64,000 nucleotides of DNA from the human T2T-CHM13v2.0 reference genome, Homo sapiens. Under the pieces are notes generated by a model. The model searched no databases. It was not told where the DNA came from and saw only the letters and a list, made by a program, of their open reading frames with translations. Where the stretch lies: the NCBI RefSeq assembly GCF_009914755.1, contig NC_060933.1. One strand, written 5' to 3'. Of this stretch, positions 26,601 to 41,569 are shown in pieces; positions within the stretch are counted from its first letter, which is position 1, and each line of letters starts with the position of its first letter. A program made the position numbers and the translations under genes.

Positions 26601-26976
26601 AGATATGGTCTGGCTCTGTGTCTCCACCCAAATCTCATCTTGAAGTGTAATCCCCACGTGTCAGAGGAGGGGCCTGATGGGAGGTGATTGAATCATGGGG
26701 GTGGACTTCCCCCTTGTTGTTCTCTTGATAGTGAGTTCTCACAAGATCTGATGGTTGAAAACTGTGTGGCACTACCCCCTTTGCACTTTCTCTCTCTCTC
26801 TCTCTCTCCTGCCACCACGTAAGATGTGCCTTTCTTTCCTTTCACCATCCACCATGATTGTAAGTGTCTTGAGGCGTTCCCTGCCATACAGAACCATGGG
26901 TCAATTAAACCTTTTTTTTCATAAATTACCCAGGCTCAGTTAGTTCTATATAGCAGTGTGAAAACGGACTAATACA
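26601..26976 (+). mobile_element. MSTA-like MaLR solo LTR
   Basis: gatatggtctggctctgtgtc...aacggactaataca; perfect TSD ATTGC. Confidence 0.9.
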
Positions 26977-27150
26977 ATTGCCAACCACAATCTACATGGG
27001 TATCACTATAGCTCATGCTGTTGGTACAAAATTTTGACAAAAACATTACAATACTAATATTCAGTACATAGAAAAAATCAGTTGAACTAAAGCAATCTAT
27101 TGACACTGACTAGATCAGCAAAGCTTCCATGTATAGCACCAGAAAAACAG

Positions 27151-27309
27151 GCAGGATGCAGTGGCTCATGACTATAATCCCAGCTCTTTGGGAGGCCAAG
27201 AAGGGAGGATCACTTGAGCCTAGGAGTTCAAGACCAAACTCCTGACTAACTAGTGATACCCCTTCACTATTTAATAAAATAAAATAAACAAAACAAAATA
27301 AAAATAATA
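27151..27309 (+). mobile_element. Alu monomer (FLAM-like)
   Basis: Single left arm followed by A-rich tail. Confidence 0.8.
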
Positions 27310-27702
27310 TCAGAAAGACAAGAGCGCCCAGCCCACACACTATAATGCAATAATAATACATTAAATGATGTAACTATTAAAGTGAAATTTACTCCTATTA
27401 AAACCATGTATTTGTGTCCAATGGGAAAATACTTAACACTGCTTCAGGTTTAAATTTTAAATTAAAATTAAATAAAATTTAAAAATTAGCCTCTTGGTCA
27501 GTCTTACCATATTTCAAGTGCTCAAAAGCCATGTATGAAATAGTACAGTTTAGAAAGGGCAAGAAAGAGGTTTGGTGACCTTCTGGGAAGTGTGGGAATT
27601 TGGGAATATAGAACAATCACAGGAGATAATTTTAAAGCTTTGTTATACTCTATTATCCTACCTTTGCTAATACCACAAGAAAATCTACAGACAATCTATG
27701 AC

Positions 27703-30157
27703 TTAGCAGAAGTGAAAAAAATTAAGATCCAAAAACTTATACAAAGAATCAAGAAAACCAAAAGTTGGTTCTTTGAAAGGATAAAAAAGAATGATAAACC
27801 ACTAGCTAGGTTAACAAAGAAAAAAAGATACAAGATCCAAATAAGCATAATCAGAAATGACAAAGGTGACATTACAACCGATCCCACAGAAATACAAAAG
27901 ATCCTCAGAGAATATTATGAACACCCGTATGCACACAAACTAGAAAATCTAGAGGAAATAAATTCCTTGAAACATACAGTCTCCTAAGATTGAATCAGGA
28001 AGAAACTGAAACACTGAACAGACCAATATTGAGCAATACTGAGATCCAAAATCAAATCAGTATTTAAAAAAAACCTACCAACAACAACAACAATGAAATT
28101 CCCTAGACCAGATGAATTCACAGCCAAATTCTACTAGACATACAAAAAATTAATTCTGCTAAAACTTTCAAAAAATTGAGGAGGAAGGATTCTTCCCTAA
28201 CTCATTCTACAAGGCTAGCATAGCATAACCCTGATATCAAGCCCTGGCAAAGACACAACAACAACAACAAAAAGAAACTGTAGGCCAATATCCATGATGA
28301 ACATGGATGCAAAAATCCTCAGAAAATACCAGCAACACAAATTTAACAGCACGTGAAGAAGCTAATTCACCATAATGAAGTAGACTTCATTCCTAAGATG
28401 CAAGGTTGGTTCAACATACACAAATCAATAAATGTGATTCAGCACATGAGCAGAATTAAAAACAAAAACCACATGATCATCTCAATAGATACAGGAAAAG
28501 GTTCTGAAAAATTCAACACCCCTTTATGTTAAAAAAAAACCCTCAAGAAACCAGGCATCAAAGGAACATACCTCAAAATAGTAAGAGCTATCTCTGACAA
28601 ACCCAACATTATACTGAATGGGAAAAACCTGGAAGAATTCTCCTTGAAAACTGCAACAAGACACAGATGCCTACTCTCACCTCTCCTATTCAACGTAATA
28701 CTGGAAGTGCTAGCCAGGGCAATCAGGCAAGAGGAGGAAATAAAAGGCAACCAAATAGGAAAAGAAGATGTCAAACTCTCTGTCTTTGCGGATGATATGA
28801 TTGTACACATAGAAAACCCTAAAGACTCTGCCAAAAGGCTTCTGGAACTAATAAATGACTTCGACAAAGTTTCAAGATACAAAATTAGTGTAAAAAATTC
28901 AGTAGCATTTCTGTTCACTAATAATGTTGAAGCTGAGAGCCAAATCAAGAACACAGTTTCATTTACAATAGCCACACACACAAAATACCTAGGAATACAT
29001 TTAACAAAGGAGGTAAAAAATCTCTATAAGGAGAACCACAAAACATTGCTAAAAGGAATCATAGGTAACAAAAACAAATGGAAAAACATTCCATACTCAT
29101 GGATAAAAAGAATCAATATCATTATCATTAAAACGGCCATACTGCCCAAACCAATCTATAGATTCATCACTATTCGTACCAAGCTACCAATATCATTTTT
29201 TACAGGATTGGAAAAAATGATTTTATATTCATATGGAATAAAGAAAGAGCCGGAATAGCCAAAGAAATCCTAAGAAAAAAGAACAAAGCCAGAGGCAACA
29301 CATTATCCTACTCCAAACTGTACTAAAAGGCTGGAATAATCAAAACAGCATGGTACTGGTACAAAAACAGATACATAGACTAATGGAACATAATGGAGAA
29401 CCTAGAAATAAAGCCCCACACCCACAGTCATCTGTTCTTTGACAAAGCTGACAAAAATAAGCAATGGGAAAAGAACTCCATTTAATAAATGGTGCTGGGA
29501 TAACTGGCTAGCCATATGAACAAGAATGAAACTGAACCCCTACTTTTCATCATGTAAAACATTAACTCAAGGTAGATTAAAGATTCAAATGTTAAGACCT
29601 CAAAACTCTAAGAATCCTGGAAGAAAACTTTGCATACAGCAATCTGCACATTGGCATTGGGAAAGAATCTGTGGCTAAATCCTCAAAAGCAATTGCAACA
29701 AGAATGAAAATTGATAATTGGAACCTAATTAAACTAAAGAGCTTCTATACAGCAAAGGGAACTATTGACAGAGTCATCGAACAACCTACAGAATGGGAGA
29801 AAATATTTACAAACTATGCATCTGACAAAGGTCTAATATCCACAATCTATAGGAACTTAAGCACATTAACAAGCAGAAAACAAACAACCCCATTCAAAAA
29901 TGGGCAAAGGACATAAACAGACACTTCTCAAAAGGCATAAACACAGCCAATAAGCATGTGAAAAAATGTTCAACATTACTAATCATTAGAGAAATGCAAA
30001 TCAAAACTACAATGAAATACCATCTCATACCAGTCAGAATGGCTATTATTGAAAAGTCAAGAAACAACAGATGTTGGCAAGGCTGTGGAGAAAAGGGAAT
30101 ACTTGATACTCTGTTGCCAGCAATGTAAATTAGTTCAGCCACTATAGAAATCAGCAA
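27703..30157 (+). mobile_element. Old primate L1 (L1PA15-16/L1PB-like) ORF2 fragment, truncated at both ends
   Basis: ORF2 peptides [44 protein letters not shown]; many stops and frameshifts. Confidence 0.92.
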
Positions 30158-30405
30158 TCAGGAAGCTCTCTTCCTGATTTATGGACAGCTGCCTTCTCAT
30201 TGTGTCCTTACTAGCCTTCTCTTTGTATGTGCAGATAGAATGAGCTCCCTGCTGTCTCCTTATAAGGACACTAATCTTATCAGATTAGGGCCCCACCTTA
30301 TAATCTCTTTTAACTTTAATTACTTCCATACTCCAAATATAGCCACAATGGGGGTTGGGATTTCAACATACGAATTTCAGGGGAACACAAACATTCAGTC
30401 TGTAA
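30158..30405 (-). mobile_element. Partial MLT1 LTR
   Basis: cttataaggacactaatcttatcagattagggcccc...ggaacacaaacattcagtc. Confidence 0.75.
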
Positions 30406-30469
30406 GAGTTATTATGCAGACCAACAAGGACAGGCGTGACATTTTATTCAATGACCACATACAATTTTA

Positions 30470-30802
<333 letters not shown>

Positions 30803-30986
30803 AGAATTTTGCTGACTAGGGAGTCACAGAAAAGTGGACCCAATGAGAATCCACAGCTGGTCCAGAGTTTTATAATAAATTACATATCTTTTCAGCATTA
30901 GCTGATATGTAACTAGATGTAGCTTTCCTTCAATAACCGTATCATCTAGCTAATTTGAGGTATGAGAGTCGTAAATTGGAATATAC

Positions 30987-31432
30987 TGTCAACCTAAAAG
31001 GAAGAAGCTGAGCCGAAACTAAAACTAATATAAGTAGAGAGTTTATTTGCACCAAGCCTGAGGACTGCAACCCAGGAGCATAGATTCAAGTTGCCCTGAA
31101 TATACAATCGAATTAGCAGCAGTTACAAGTGAATTTTTAAAGGGAAAAAAGAGGGGACAGGGAGTGGACTAATACAAAGTCGTTTGTCAGGAATTGTCAC
31201 TGGTTTATGGAAATAACATTGATTCATGATTGGCTATACATTGTTAAGCTATAAGGTATGGCTTATAGTCTCAGGTGAGGAATTATTAGGTTAATTTATA
31301 GCTATTTGTGGCAGTAGCAAGCAATTTCAAGAGGTAAATATATAACTCAAAAGTGGGGGAGTATGTGTTTGCTGTCTCATTTAAATGTCTCTCTGGGCCT
31401 GATAATTTAAAAGAATAAAGATTCTTTTCTCA
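30987..31432 (-). mobile_element. ERV1 solo LTR (LTR24-like)
   Basis: TG..CA termini, TSD atac/atgc; homologous to 33959-34397. Confidence 0.7.
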
Positions 31433-31521
31433 ATGCCAGTAAATTTAGTTTATTCCTCCCCTCTTTCTCATCCTAAAAGTGGCCCCTGAGCTCACAGAAG
31501 GTTTATATCATACCATGACAT

Positions 31522-32621
31522 CATAGGAGACCAGAATATGTCACCCCAAATATGCCTCCTTGGCATAAGGATTATTTGGAGCTAATTATTTTGAGAAACA
31601 GCAGACAAAGGAGAAGCTCTGAAAAGAGCAAAACCAACTTTTTGTAAGGAAATTTACCTTTATAAATGGAATATCCATGTGTAATAGTGTCTCCCTCTTT
31701 GTACCAAGAAGAAAGGATGACTAAATCTCAAGAGCCTTTTCTTAATGGAAAAGACACTGACTTAAATCTGCATAACAGAACTTACTCTCATTTATCATAT
31801 GGTTCCTGGTCACATTCTCATAACTTGCCTCCCCTGCATCCTTCTTCCTTTGATTTAGCTGAAGATGGTATTTAAGGTTGAATTCTAAGCCACCTCTTTG
31901 GGTTACTCCCTGGATTTCTCCCATGTGTATATGATGAGATATACATGTTAACAAACTTTTTTTTTTTGTTTTTCTCTTGCTAATGTATCTTTGTTATGGT
32001 GGTCTCCAGCGGAGAACTTAAAAGGAAAGAGGGTAAAGGAAATAAAAATATTTTACCACGAAATATATTTATTTGACATATTTTGAGATGGCTGCCACAG
32101 GGACAGCAGACTGAAGCAGTCCTGCAAAGCTGTCTTTGGTGGAGGAGGTATGCATCTACAGAATCTCAATTAATGCAGCCAGCCTTCCCTCATCCAGATC
32201 TAGGAGGGATTAACTGAGAGTCTGACACCTTAAAGGACCTGAAAGAAACGTTTACCATCTATTCTGTCTGAGGACTGCTACCTGTGAGGTTTCATGTATA
32301 TTATCAAGACATCTTTGCTAGCCAAACCCCTCTTCTCCCCCTCTCATAACCTGTCTTACCACCAGAACCTAATTCACCACAATAACCTGTTTTTTGGCCA
32401 TGCTTTGAGCTTGCATTCTTCCTGTAACATAGCCTCAAGATGGTACATAAATTTCTGTACCTCACTTGAGGGCTGTGTCTTCATTCTGAAGCCTCCCGTG
32501 TATACACATTATATCAATTTGTATGCCTTTTCTCCTGTTAATCAATCTGCCTCATGTGAGTGATTTTCAGCAGAACTTCAGAGGCCCCTTATAAGAGAAA
32601 ATTATGTTTTCCTCCCCTGTA
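31522..32621 (+). mobile_element. MER34-like ERV1 solo LTR with a nested LTR
   Basis: aggagaccagaatatgtcaccccaaatatgcctccttggcataaggattat; perfect TSD ACAT. Confidence 0.8.
32034..32593 (+). mobile_element. MER4-group LTR (LTR29/49-like) nested in MER34
   Basis: taaaggaaataaaaatattttacc...ttgacatattttgagatggc; TSD aggg/agag. Confidence 0.75.
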
Positions 32622-33066
32622 ACATGGTGGGGTAGGGGGAAGGATGGGCATCTGGCCCATGGTTGTTTTTCTGCTAGCATCCTCTGCTGAAGTAACTCAT
32701 CCCATCTATTCTTTGCCCCTTAACTCATAACCTAAGGAATTCACTAGTCAGGTTCTCCTGTCCTTGGAGATCCTGTCTCTGGTTGATATAGGCTGCTCTG
32801 TGCCTTCTTCATGCTCATCACAAAGCCTCTTGGGCAATCCACATTCATTTTGGTTACTATCTCATGCTTTTGTGGCATTTCCAGAGACTAGACCTGGGAA
32901 CTTAGACCCCTTTTGCCTAAACATACCACTTTCTTCATTCTGCCTTGATCAGCACCCCCATACCTGGGGTTCCATATGCAGTCTCTCTCAAATATACACC
33001 AGAAATAGAGACACAACTGTTTCTGTCCTCAGAGCTCATCAGTTACCTGAGACATTGTATTCATTT

Positions 33067-33812
33067 TGCAATCGCCCAACAGGTTCTTCCTGCCCACTGC
33101 ACAGACAAAACCAGGTCACTGAGACAGTGGTATTGCAGTAAAGAGCTTAGTTAATGCAAAGCTGGCTACATAGGACATGGAATTATCACTCAAATTAGTC
33201 TCCCCAAAGGCTCAGAGGTTAGAGTTTTTCCAAGGATAAGTTGGTGGGCAGGGTGCTAGGAAATGGGTGCTGCTGTCCAGCTGGGGATGAAATCATGGGT
33301 GTCCTTCTGTGCTGAGTCTGCCTCTGGGTTGGGTGGCAGCAGGGGCACAGGACTGGATGAATCAAACCATGGGTCTGGGTGGGGTCAGTCAGTTGTCAGA
33401 ATGTAAAAGTCCAAAAAACGTCTCAAAAGACCAATCTTAGGTTCTACAATAGTGATGTTATCTATAGGAGCAATTAGGGACGTCACAAATCTTTTGACCT
33501 AAGGCCACATGACTTCTGAGTCATAAGGAATTTTGGAAACTATGCTTATATTTTAGCCAAATTCAGATCCCTTCCTTAATCCTAATCTGGTGGCCTTTCA
33601 GTAGTTTTCTGTCCCTTAACAAGGAGGGAGTTAGTTTTAGGGAGGGACTATTATTATCCTTGCTTTCAAGTTAAACTATAAATTTCTCCTATGGCTAGCT
33701 TGGCCTATGCCCAGGAATGAGCAAAGATAGCCAGCCTGTGAGGCTAGAAGCAAGATGAAGTCAGCCATGCTGGATTCCTCTCACTGTCATAATCCTTGCA
33801 AAGGCAGTTTCC
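33067..33812 (-). mobile_element. LTR8B-like ERV1 solo LTR
   Basis: gcacagacaaaaccaggtcactgagacagtggtattgcag; ends ttgcaaaggcagtttc; homologous to 14366-15057. Confidence 0.82.
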
Positions 33813-33958
33813 CTTTCAACCCAGTCAGATAAAAAGACTATTGATCTCCTTCTCAAAAACCTACAGCAGTTACTCACCCTCACTCTTCACCTCTCAAGCC
33901 ATCCTGTACCATTACAGATGATAAAGAGTTTCTATTGTAGAGGAAAAAATAATAACCC

Positions 33959-34397
33959 TGTTGACCTAAAAGGAAAAGACTACAGCACAAAATATAATTT
34001 AAAGAGTTTACTTGAGCCAAAGTGAGGACAGCTGCCCAAAAGACTCAGATCCAAGTAATCTTGGCTATGAACTCCTCTGTTCATATTTGGCCTCTGTTAC
34101 AAGCAGGTTTTCAAAGCAGGTTTTCAAAGCCAAAACAAGGGCAAAACAAATAAGGTACAAAGTTGTTTACAGAAATAACATCAATTAATGATTGGCTATA
34201 CATTGTTATGCTAAAAGGTAGGTGTTATGGTGTGAGACAGGGCATTATTAAGTTAATTTATAGCTACTCATGGCAACAGCAAACAGTTTTGAGAGATGAA
34301 TACGTAGCTCAAAGGGAGAAGCAGAATATGACTGCTGTCTCATTGTGATGTCTCTCTAGACTTGCATTCCTCTGATAAAAGTTACTTTCTTTTCTCA
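33959..34397 (-). mobile_element. LTR24-like solo LTR nested in MER39
   Basis: TG..CA; TSD accc/cccc. Confidence 0.72.
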
Positions 34398-35083
34398 CCC
34401 CCATAGGTTCTTAGTTAAAACACAGCCATCTTTAAAAAGACAGATTAACAAGAGAACAATAAACAGAAGTGTATTAACATGTATATTTCATATCTACACG
34501 GGTGATACCCACAGCATGAGTAGTTCTCAAAGAGGTGGCTTTGAATTCCAGCCTTTATAGCATCTTCAACAAAATCAGTAAATATTTAGAGAAATGAAAA
34601 GACTAAGGAAAATACTTTAAGTCTTTACTGGTGATGTTACCTTCTCTAGTGCTTGTAAGGCTGCAAGGTTGGGCTACATCACTGTGACACCCTAACCCTG
34701 CTTCATCTCCAGCAAACAGGATACCTGTAGTCAGAAGTTCCCCCTCTTGACCAGACCAGCAGAAACAGGGGAGATCCAAGATGGCAGCTCATCTGACCTC
34801 TGAAGAGCCTCTAACTTCATCATAACCTGATTACCATACAACTGGCACACCTACTGGCAGCCATAAAAGGCAATACCTTACCATTAAAGGAAGGAAAAAG
34901 GGCAGCATCCAGATTCCAGGAAATCTCTGCCCATTTCCAGAAAAGACATGAATACTCCTCCCTTTCCTTTCCATGTCCAACACTTACATTAGAGAAACCC
35001 TATATTTTAACCCCATCACCCCTCACTAATTGATAAATTGGTTTCAAAGCCATCCTTCTGCTTTTCCAATTCCTGGGCTATTA

Positions 35084-36036
<953 letters not shown>

Positions 36037-36189
36037 CCAAGCTTGCTCTGCTTGACACTCACTTTTGGCTTTGTGTATTGGTTCTGCAACACCAAACAGG
36101 AAACAATCTCAGCTTTTCAGGCTACAGAGTTTATCAGTATCAGTGACAACTTTGGGAGGGTAAATAAATGGCAGATACATGCTAGTTAG

Positions 36190-36577
36190 TGTTAAATTTA
36201 ACCAAAAGTTTCCTCCTTGCATATTTTAAGTTCTGCCTAAAGGATTCTCTGTTCATAGTAAACTGAAACCTAACTGGCTGTGGACATAGACTGTAACCTA
36301 CTCCTCTGCCAATCACCGAGTTTCGGCCAAAGGTAGCCGACTGTTCAAACTGTGTTCAAATGAGGCAAGCTCCAAGCTGTAACCAATCCAGCTGTTTCTG
36401 TATCTCACTTCCATTTTCTGTACATCTCACTTCCTTTTTCTGTCCATAAATCTACTACCTGGCTGCACTGGAGTCTCTCTGAGCCTGCTCTGGCTCAGGA
36501 GGCTACCTGATTCGCAAATGGTTCTTTGCTCAGTTAAACTCTGTTAAATTTAACTTGTCCAAGATTTTTTTTTTACA
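36190..36577 (+). mobile_element. MER57-like ERV1 solo LTR
   Basis: TGTTAAATT...gccaatcaccgagtttcggccaa...ACA; perfect TSD TTAG. Confidence 0.88.
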
Positions 36578-36711
36578 TTAGGAAAGCTTATTAATTTCAA
36601 TTCCTCTGATACTATCTCCAGGCCTATAAGGGTCCAAAGCTGTTTTCAATGGTTAATAAAGGTTAAGGAGGTGGTAGAGAGGTAGGTAGGATGACTTTTG
36701 TCATTATAAAT

Positions 36712-37272
36712 TGTAGACGCCAAGGCCCTTGGCCTCTTGAAGATTTGCTGAAAAATCAACTTACAAAAGGCAGATTAATAGGAGAAAAGGCACACAAATT
36801 TATTTAACGTTAGTTATAGACAGGAGCCTTCAGAATGAAGACCCAGCTTCCCTATGTGGTGCAGAAGCTCATTTACCGTTGAGATTAGAGAAAGAATATG
36901 GGCTCAGAGCATGGCCAAGACCAGGTTTTAGTGCCAAAACAGGTTATGGAAGGGAGAAATGAAGAGACTTGGCTAGAAGGCGTGGTCTTGTCTAGAGGAA
37001 AACTCACAGACAGCAGCTTTCAGGGAGAATAGAAGTGTGTGCGCGTGTGTGTGTGTGTGTGTGTTTTCCGGACTTTTAAAAGTGTCCAACTCTCAGTTAA
37101 TCTTTCTAAATCCAGACAAGGGAAGGCTTCATTAATGAAGGTCTCTCCAGATGCAAATTTTCCTCACTAAAGACAGCTTTGCAGGGACACTTCTGTTTGC
37201 TGACCCTCTGACAGCCATCTCAAAATAGGACAAATAAATATATTTAGGAGTGAAATATTTTTATTTCCTTCA
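36712..37272 (-). mobile_element. MER4-group LTR (LTR29/48/49-like) with internal (GT)n
   Basis: Minus TGAAGGAAATAAAAATATTTCAC; perfect TSD AAAT. Confidence 0.8.
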
Positions 37273-37682
37273 AAATCTATGTTCTGCTTTAGGCAAATAG
37301 AGGCAGGGCTGAGAACTTCCCTGCATCTACTTCTTAATTGTCTTCAGCTCAACAATTCTTTCTATTTTGGGGAGGCACATGCTGGTCTCCCACATTATCA
37401 TCCTCTGTATGGCAAAAAACCTAGTCTTAAATAATCATGTACTTCTCCACTGGCACAAGCTATTTTCTGAGTCCTCTAGACCTGGCTTTAACCACTCCTA
37501 CCCTCATTTTTATAAGGAAAAGTAAAGAGAAAATAAAAAGGCTAGTAAAATGGAAATCTGCATACCCTCCACCTAGATTCTCCACCTGTCAACATTTTAT
37601 ATTTTACTTTAGCATTCTCTTTCTCTCTGCACACAAATACTTTCCCTCTCTCTCTCTTTAAAAAATAAATGGGTAGTTTTAG

Positions 37683-38390
37683 TGTAATCACTCAACAACG
37701 TCTCCCTGCCCATTGCACAGACAAAATCAATTCACTGAGACTGCAGCACAGCAGTAAGGAAAGAGTTTAACTGACACAAGGCTAGCCATGTGGGAGATGA
37801 AGTAATTACTAAAATCAGTCTCCCCATAAGTTTGGAGGTTAGGGTTTTACAAGGACAGTTTGGTGGGCAGGGGGCTAGGGAATGGGGGATGTTCATTGAT
37901 TGGGGATGAAATCACAGGGGTCTGGAAAACAGTTCTCATGCTCTCAGCCCACCTGTGGGGGCCACAGGACTGGTTGAGTCATGAATTGAGGGTCTGTGTG
38001 GAGTCAGAAATGCAAAAGTCTAAAAAACATCTCAAAAAGCTAATGTTAGGTTTTACAATAGTGATGTTATCTAGGGGAATCATTGGGGAAATTGCAAGTC
38101 TTGTTACCTCCAGAACAAGGGCTGGTAATCATTTAACTACGCCTACATCTCAGCAGAATTCAGGCCCCTCTCATAATCACAACCTTGCGAACTTAGTTTT
38201 ATAGAGGTGGTTTAGTTTGGGGAAGGGCTATTATCATCCTTGCTTTAAAGTTAAACCATAAACCTAATTCCTGCCAAACCTAGCTTGGCTTATGCCCAGG
38301 AATGACCAAGGACAACTTGGAGGTTAGAATCAAGATGGAGTAACTATGTCAGATTTCTCTTACTGTCAAAATTTTGCAAAGGCGTTTTCA
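37683..38390 (-). mobile_element. LTR8B-like ERV1 solo LTR
   Basis: tgtaatcac...gcacagacaaaatcaattcactgagac...ttttgcaaaggcgttttca. Confidence 0.82.
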
Positions 38391-38780
38391 CTTCTGGCAC
38401 CCAAATCTGCAAATGAGGGGAGTTGGGCTGACTAGCATATCTCTAAGGACCCTGGGATTCAAAATTATATGTGGATGGGTGCTTTCTGTGTATATGCCCT
38501 TATTGTTCCTTAAAAAAAATAATGGTGTTGCAAACTCACATCTCACCATACATTCCCGGGAAAATCAGCCAAATCCAGAATAAATGTGCATGATCCTTGC
38601 CAGCTGAAAAAGGATTAAAAAGAGAGAAAACAACTGGCACAGGCCCTTGAAATACTTTTGCTCAAGTCTATTAAACAAGGCACAAATAACACTTGAGATT
38701 GCGATAATCTAATAATCTTTTTGTGAACACTATAGCTAAAGATAGATATGAGCAGGGGCTTCATCAAGAAAGGAGGGCAA

Positions 38781-39076
38781 GGCTGGGCGTGGTGACTCAT
38801 GCCTGTAATTCTAGCATTTTGGGAGGCTGAGATGGGTGGATCACCTGAGGTCAGGGGTTTGAGGCCAGCCTCGCCAACATGGTGAAACCCTGACTCTATA
38901 AAAATGCAAAAATTAGCCAGGCATGGTGGCAGGTGCCTGTTATCCCACCTACTTGGAAGCCTGAGGGAGGTGAATCACTTGAACCCAGGAGGTGGAGGTT
39001 GCAGTGGGCACTATTGCACTCTAGCCTGAGTGACAGAGTGAGACTCCATCTCAAAAAAAAAAAAAAAAAAAAAAAA
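38781..39076 (+). mobile_element. AluS
   Basis: Dimer with A tail; TSD aagaaaggagggcaa/aagaaaggaggacaa. Confidence 0.93.
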
Positions 39077-39462
39077 GAGAAACAAAAGAAAGGAGGACAA
39101 TGCACTCATATTCTCAGACCGCTTCATTATAGAGTTCTTATTACCAGCATAACATTGCCTGCCACTGACTCAGAGTCACACGTCTCTGCTCCACAAAGAA
39201 AGAAGCTGTCCTTGCCGTGGGTGACAGCCATTGAGAACTACAGACTTCTCTCCTGCTTGAGAGAAATGCGGCACAGGAAACAGCAAGAATAATTCTGATC
39301 AGTGGTTGTCAGGCAGTTTTGTAACTTACAAAGTATTTTCCCTTGTAGAGTTTGGTTCATCTAAGATCATGGAAACAGGAAGTGGCAAACTCCACAGTAG
39401 CCACAGACAGGAGCTATGACCAGGGCCTCATATGATGCTCACAGCAGTAAGGCTTGGCTCTA

Positions 39463-39954
<492 letters not shown>

Positions 39955-40281
39955 TCATTACTGTAACCACGCCCCCTCCCCTTTCTATACCTTCCCCGCT
40001 CCAGGAAAGATTGAGAGTCTGACACCTTTTAAAGTCTTAAAATAAACATTTACCATCTATTTTCTTTGGGGAAGGTTTCATCTATGTAACAAGGCCATCT
40101 TTGCTAGCCAAGCTTCTTCCTTTCTGTCTCTCTTCACATGTCTTGCCACTAAACCTGACTGACCTGTTTCTGGCCATGCTCTGAGTCTGCATTCTTTACT
40201 GTGGCCTCAGTATGGCATATAAGTTTCTGTTACTCACTGGGAAGTTGGCCTTTTCATTTTGAAGCCTCCTGTGTATATACA

Positions 40282-40696
40282 TGTCTTACTCTATTCTTGC
40301 ATTGCTATAAATACTGGAGACATGGTAATTTATAAAAAAAAGAGGTTTAATTGGCTCATGGTTGTGCAGACTGTACAGGAAGCAGGATGTTGGTATCTGC
40401 TCAACTTCTGCTCAGGAAACTTAGAATCACCGTGGAAGGCAAAGGGAGCAGCAGGCACTTCACATGGCCAGAGCAGCAGCAAGAAAGCAAGCGAGGAGGT
40501 GCCACACACTTTTAAACGATCAGATCTCATGAGAACACACTCTCTATTGCGAGGACAGTACCAAGAGGGATAGTACTAAACCACTCATGAGAAAACTGCC
40601 CCCATGATCCAATCACTTCCCACCAGGCCTCACCTCCAACACTGGGGATTACATTTCAATGAGATTTGGGTAACGACACACATCCAAACTATATCA
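40282..40696 (-). mobile_element. MSTA/B MaLR solo LTR
   Basis: agaggtttaattggctcatgg...cagatctcatgagaac...atccaaactatatca. Confidence 0.88.
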
Positions 40697-40988
40697 ACAT
40701 GTTAAATAAATTTGTATACCTTTTCTCCTATTAATCAATCCGCTTTATGTCAGTGATTTTCAGCGAGCCTTTAGGAGGCCAAGAGCCTATGGCCCCCACA
40801 ATACCACTACAGTACATACAGGCACTATATACCAGGAATTATAAATTTACACGTGTCTTCCTACATGATTGCATTTGATGCTTACATTCCTATTACTTGC
40901 AACAAAGTATCTCACCTAATAAAATAATGGAAAAGGTCTATTCCCTTGCCCTAACTACTTTTCTCACACACACGCAAAATAACAGTCC

Positions 40989-41337
<349 letters not shown>

Positions 41338-41569
41338 TTATCATATTATGTATTGGAGAATCTCCACACGGTATGAACCCTCTTAGGTAGATAAGCAGGG
41401 CAAGAATTATTATCTCTATTTTGTAACGAGAAAATATTACTCTGAAAAAAATAAAAAGAATTTAACCTGTAATCTTTGCATTACACTCTATACATGCTGC
41501 TATGTCTCTATACATGCTGCTAGTATTAGGGAAGTTTAACCTCAAAAAGTTTCCCAGAGTTAGGTAAAA

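Larger units (their letters stand above)
24780..27550. mobile_element. Fragmented Charlie1-like hAT transposon hosting THE1, MST and FLAM insertions
   Basis: AT-rich body ending in a MER3/MER33-type terminus (taccatatttcaagtgctcaaaagccatgt). Extent approximate. Confidence 0.45.

Noticed and set aside
28644-29258. 204-aa reverse-transcriptase ORF as a novel RT system
   Set aside because: Fragment of a decayed L1 ORF2 (FADD motif) flanked by stops and frameshifts.
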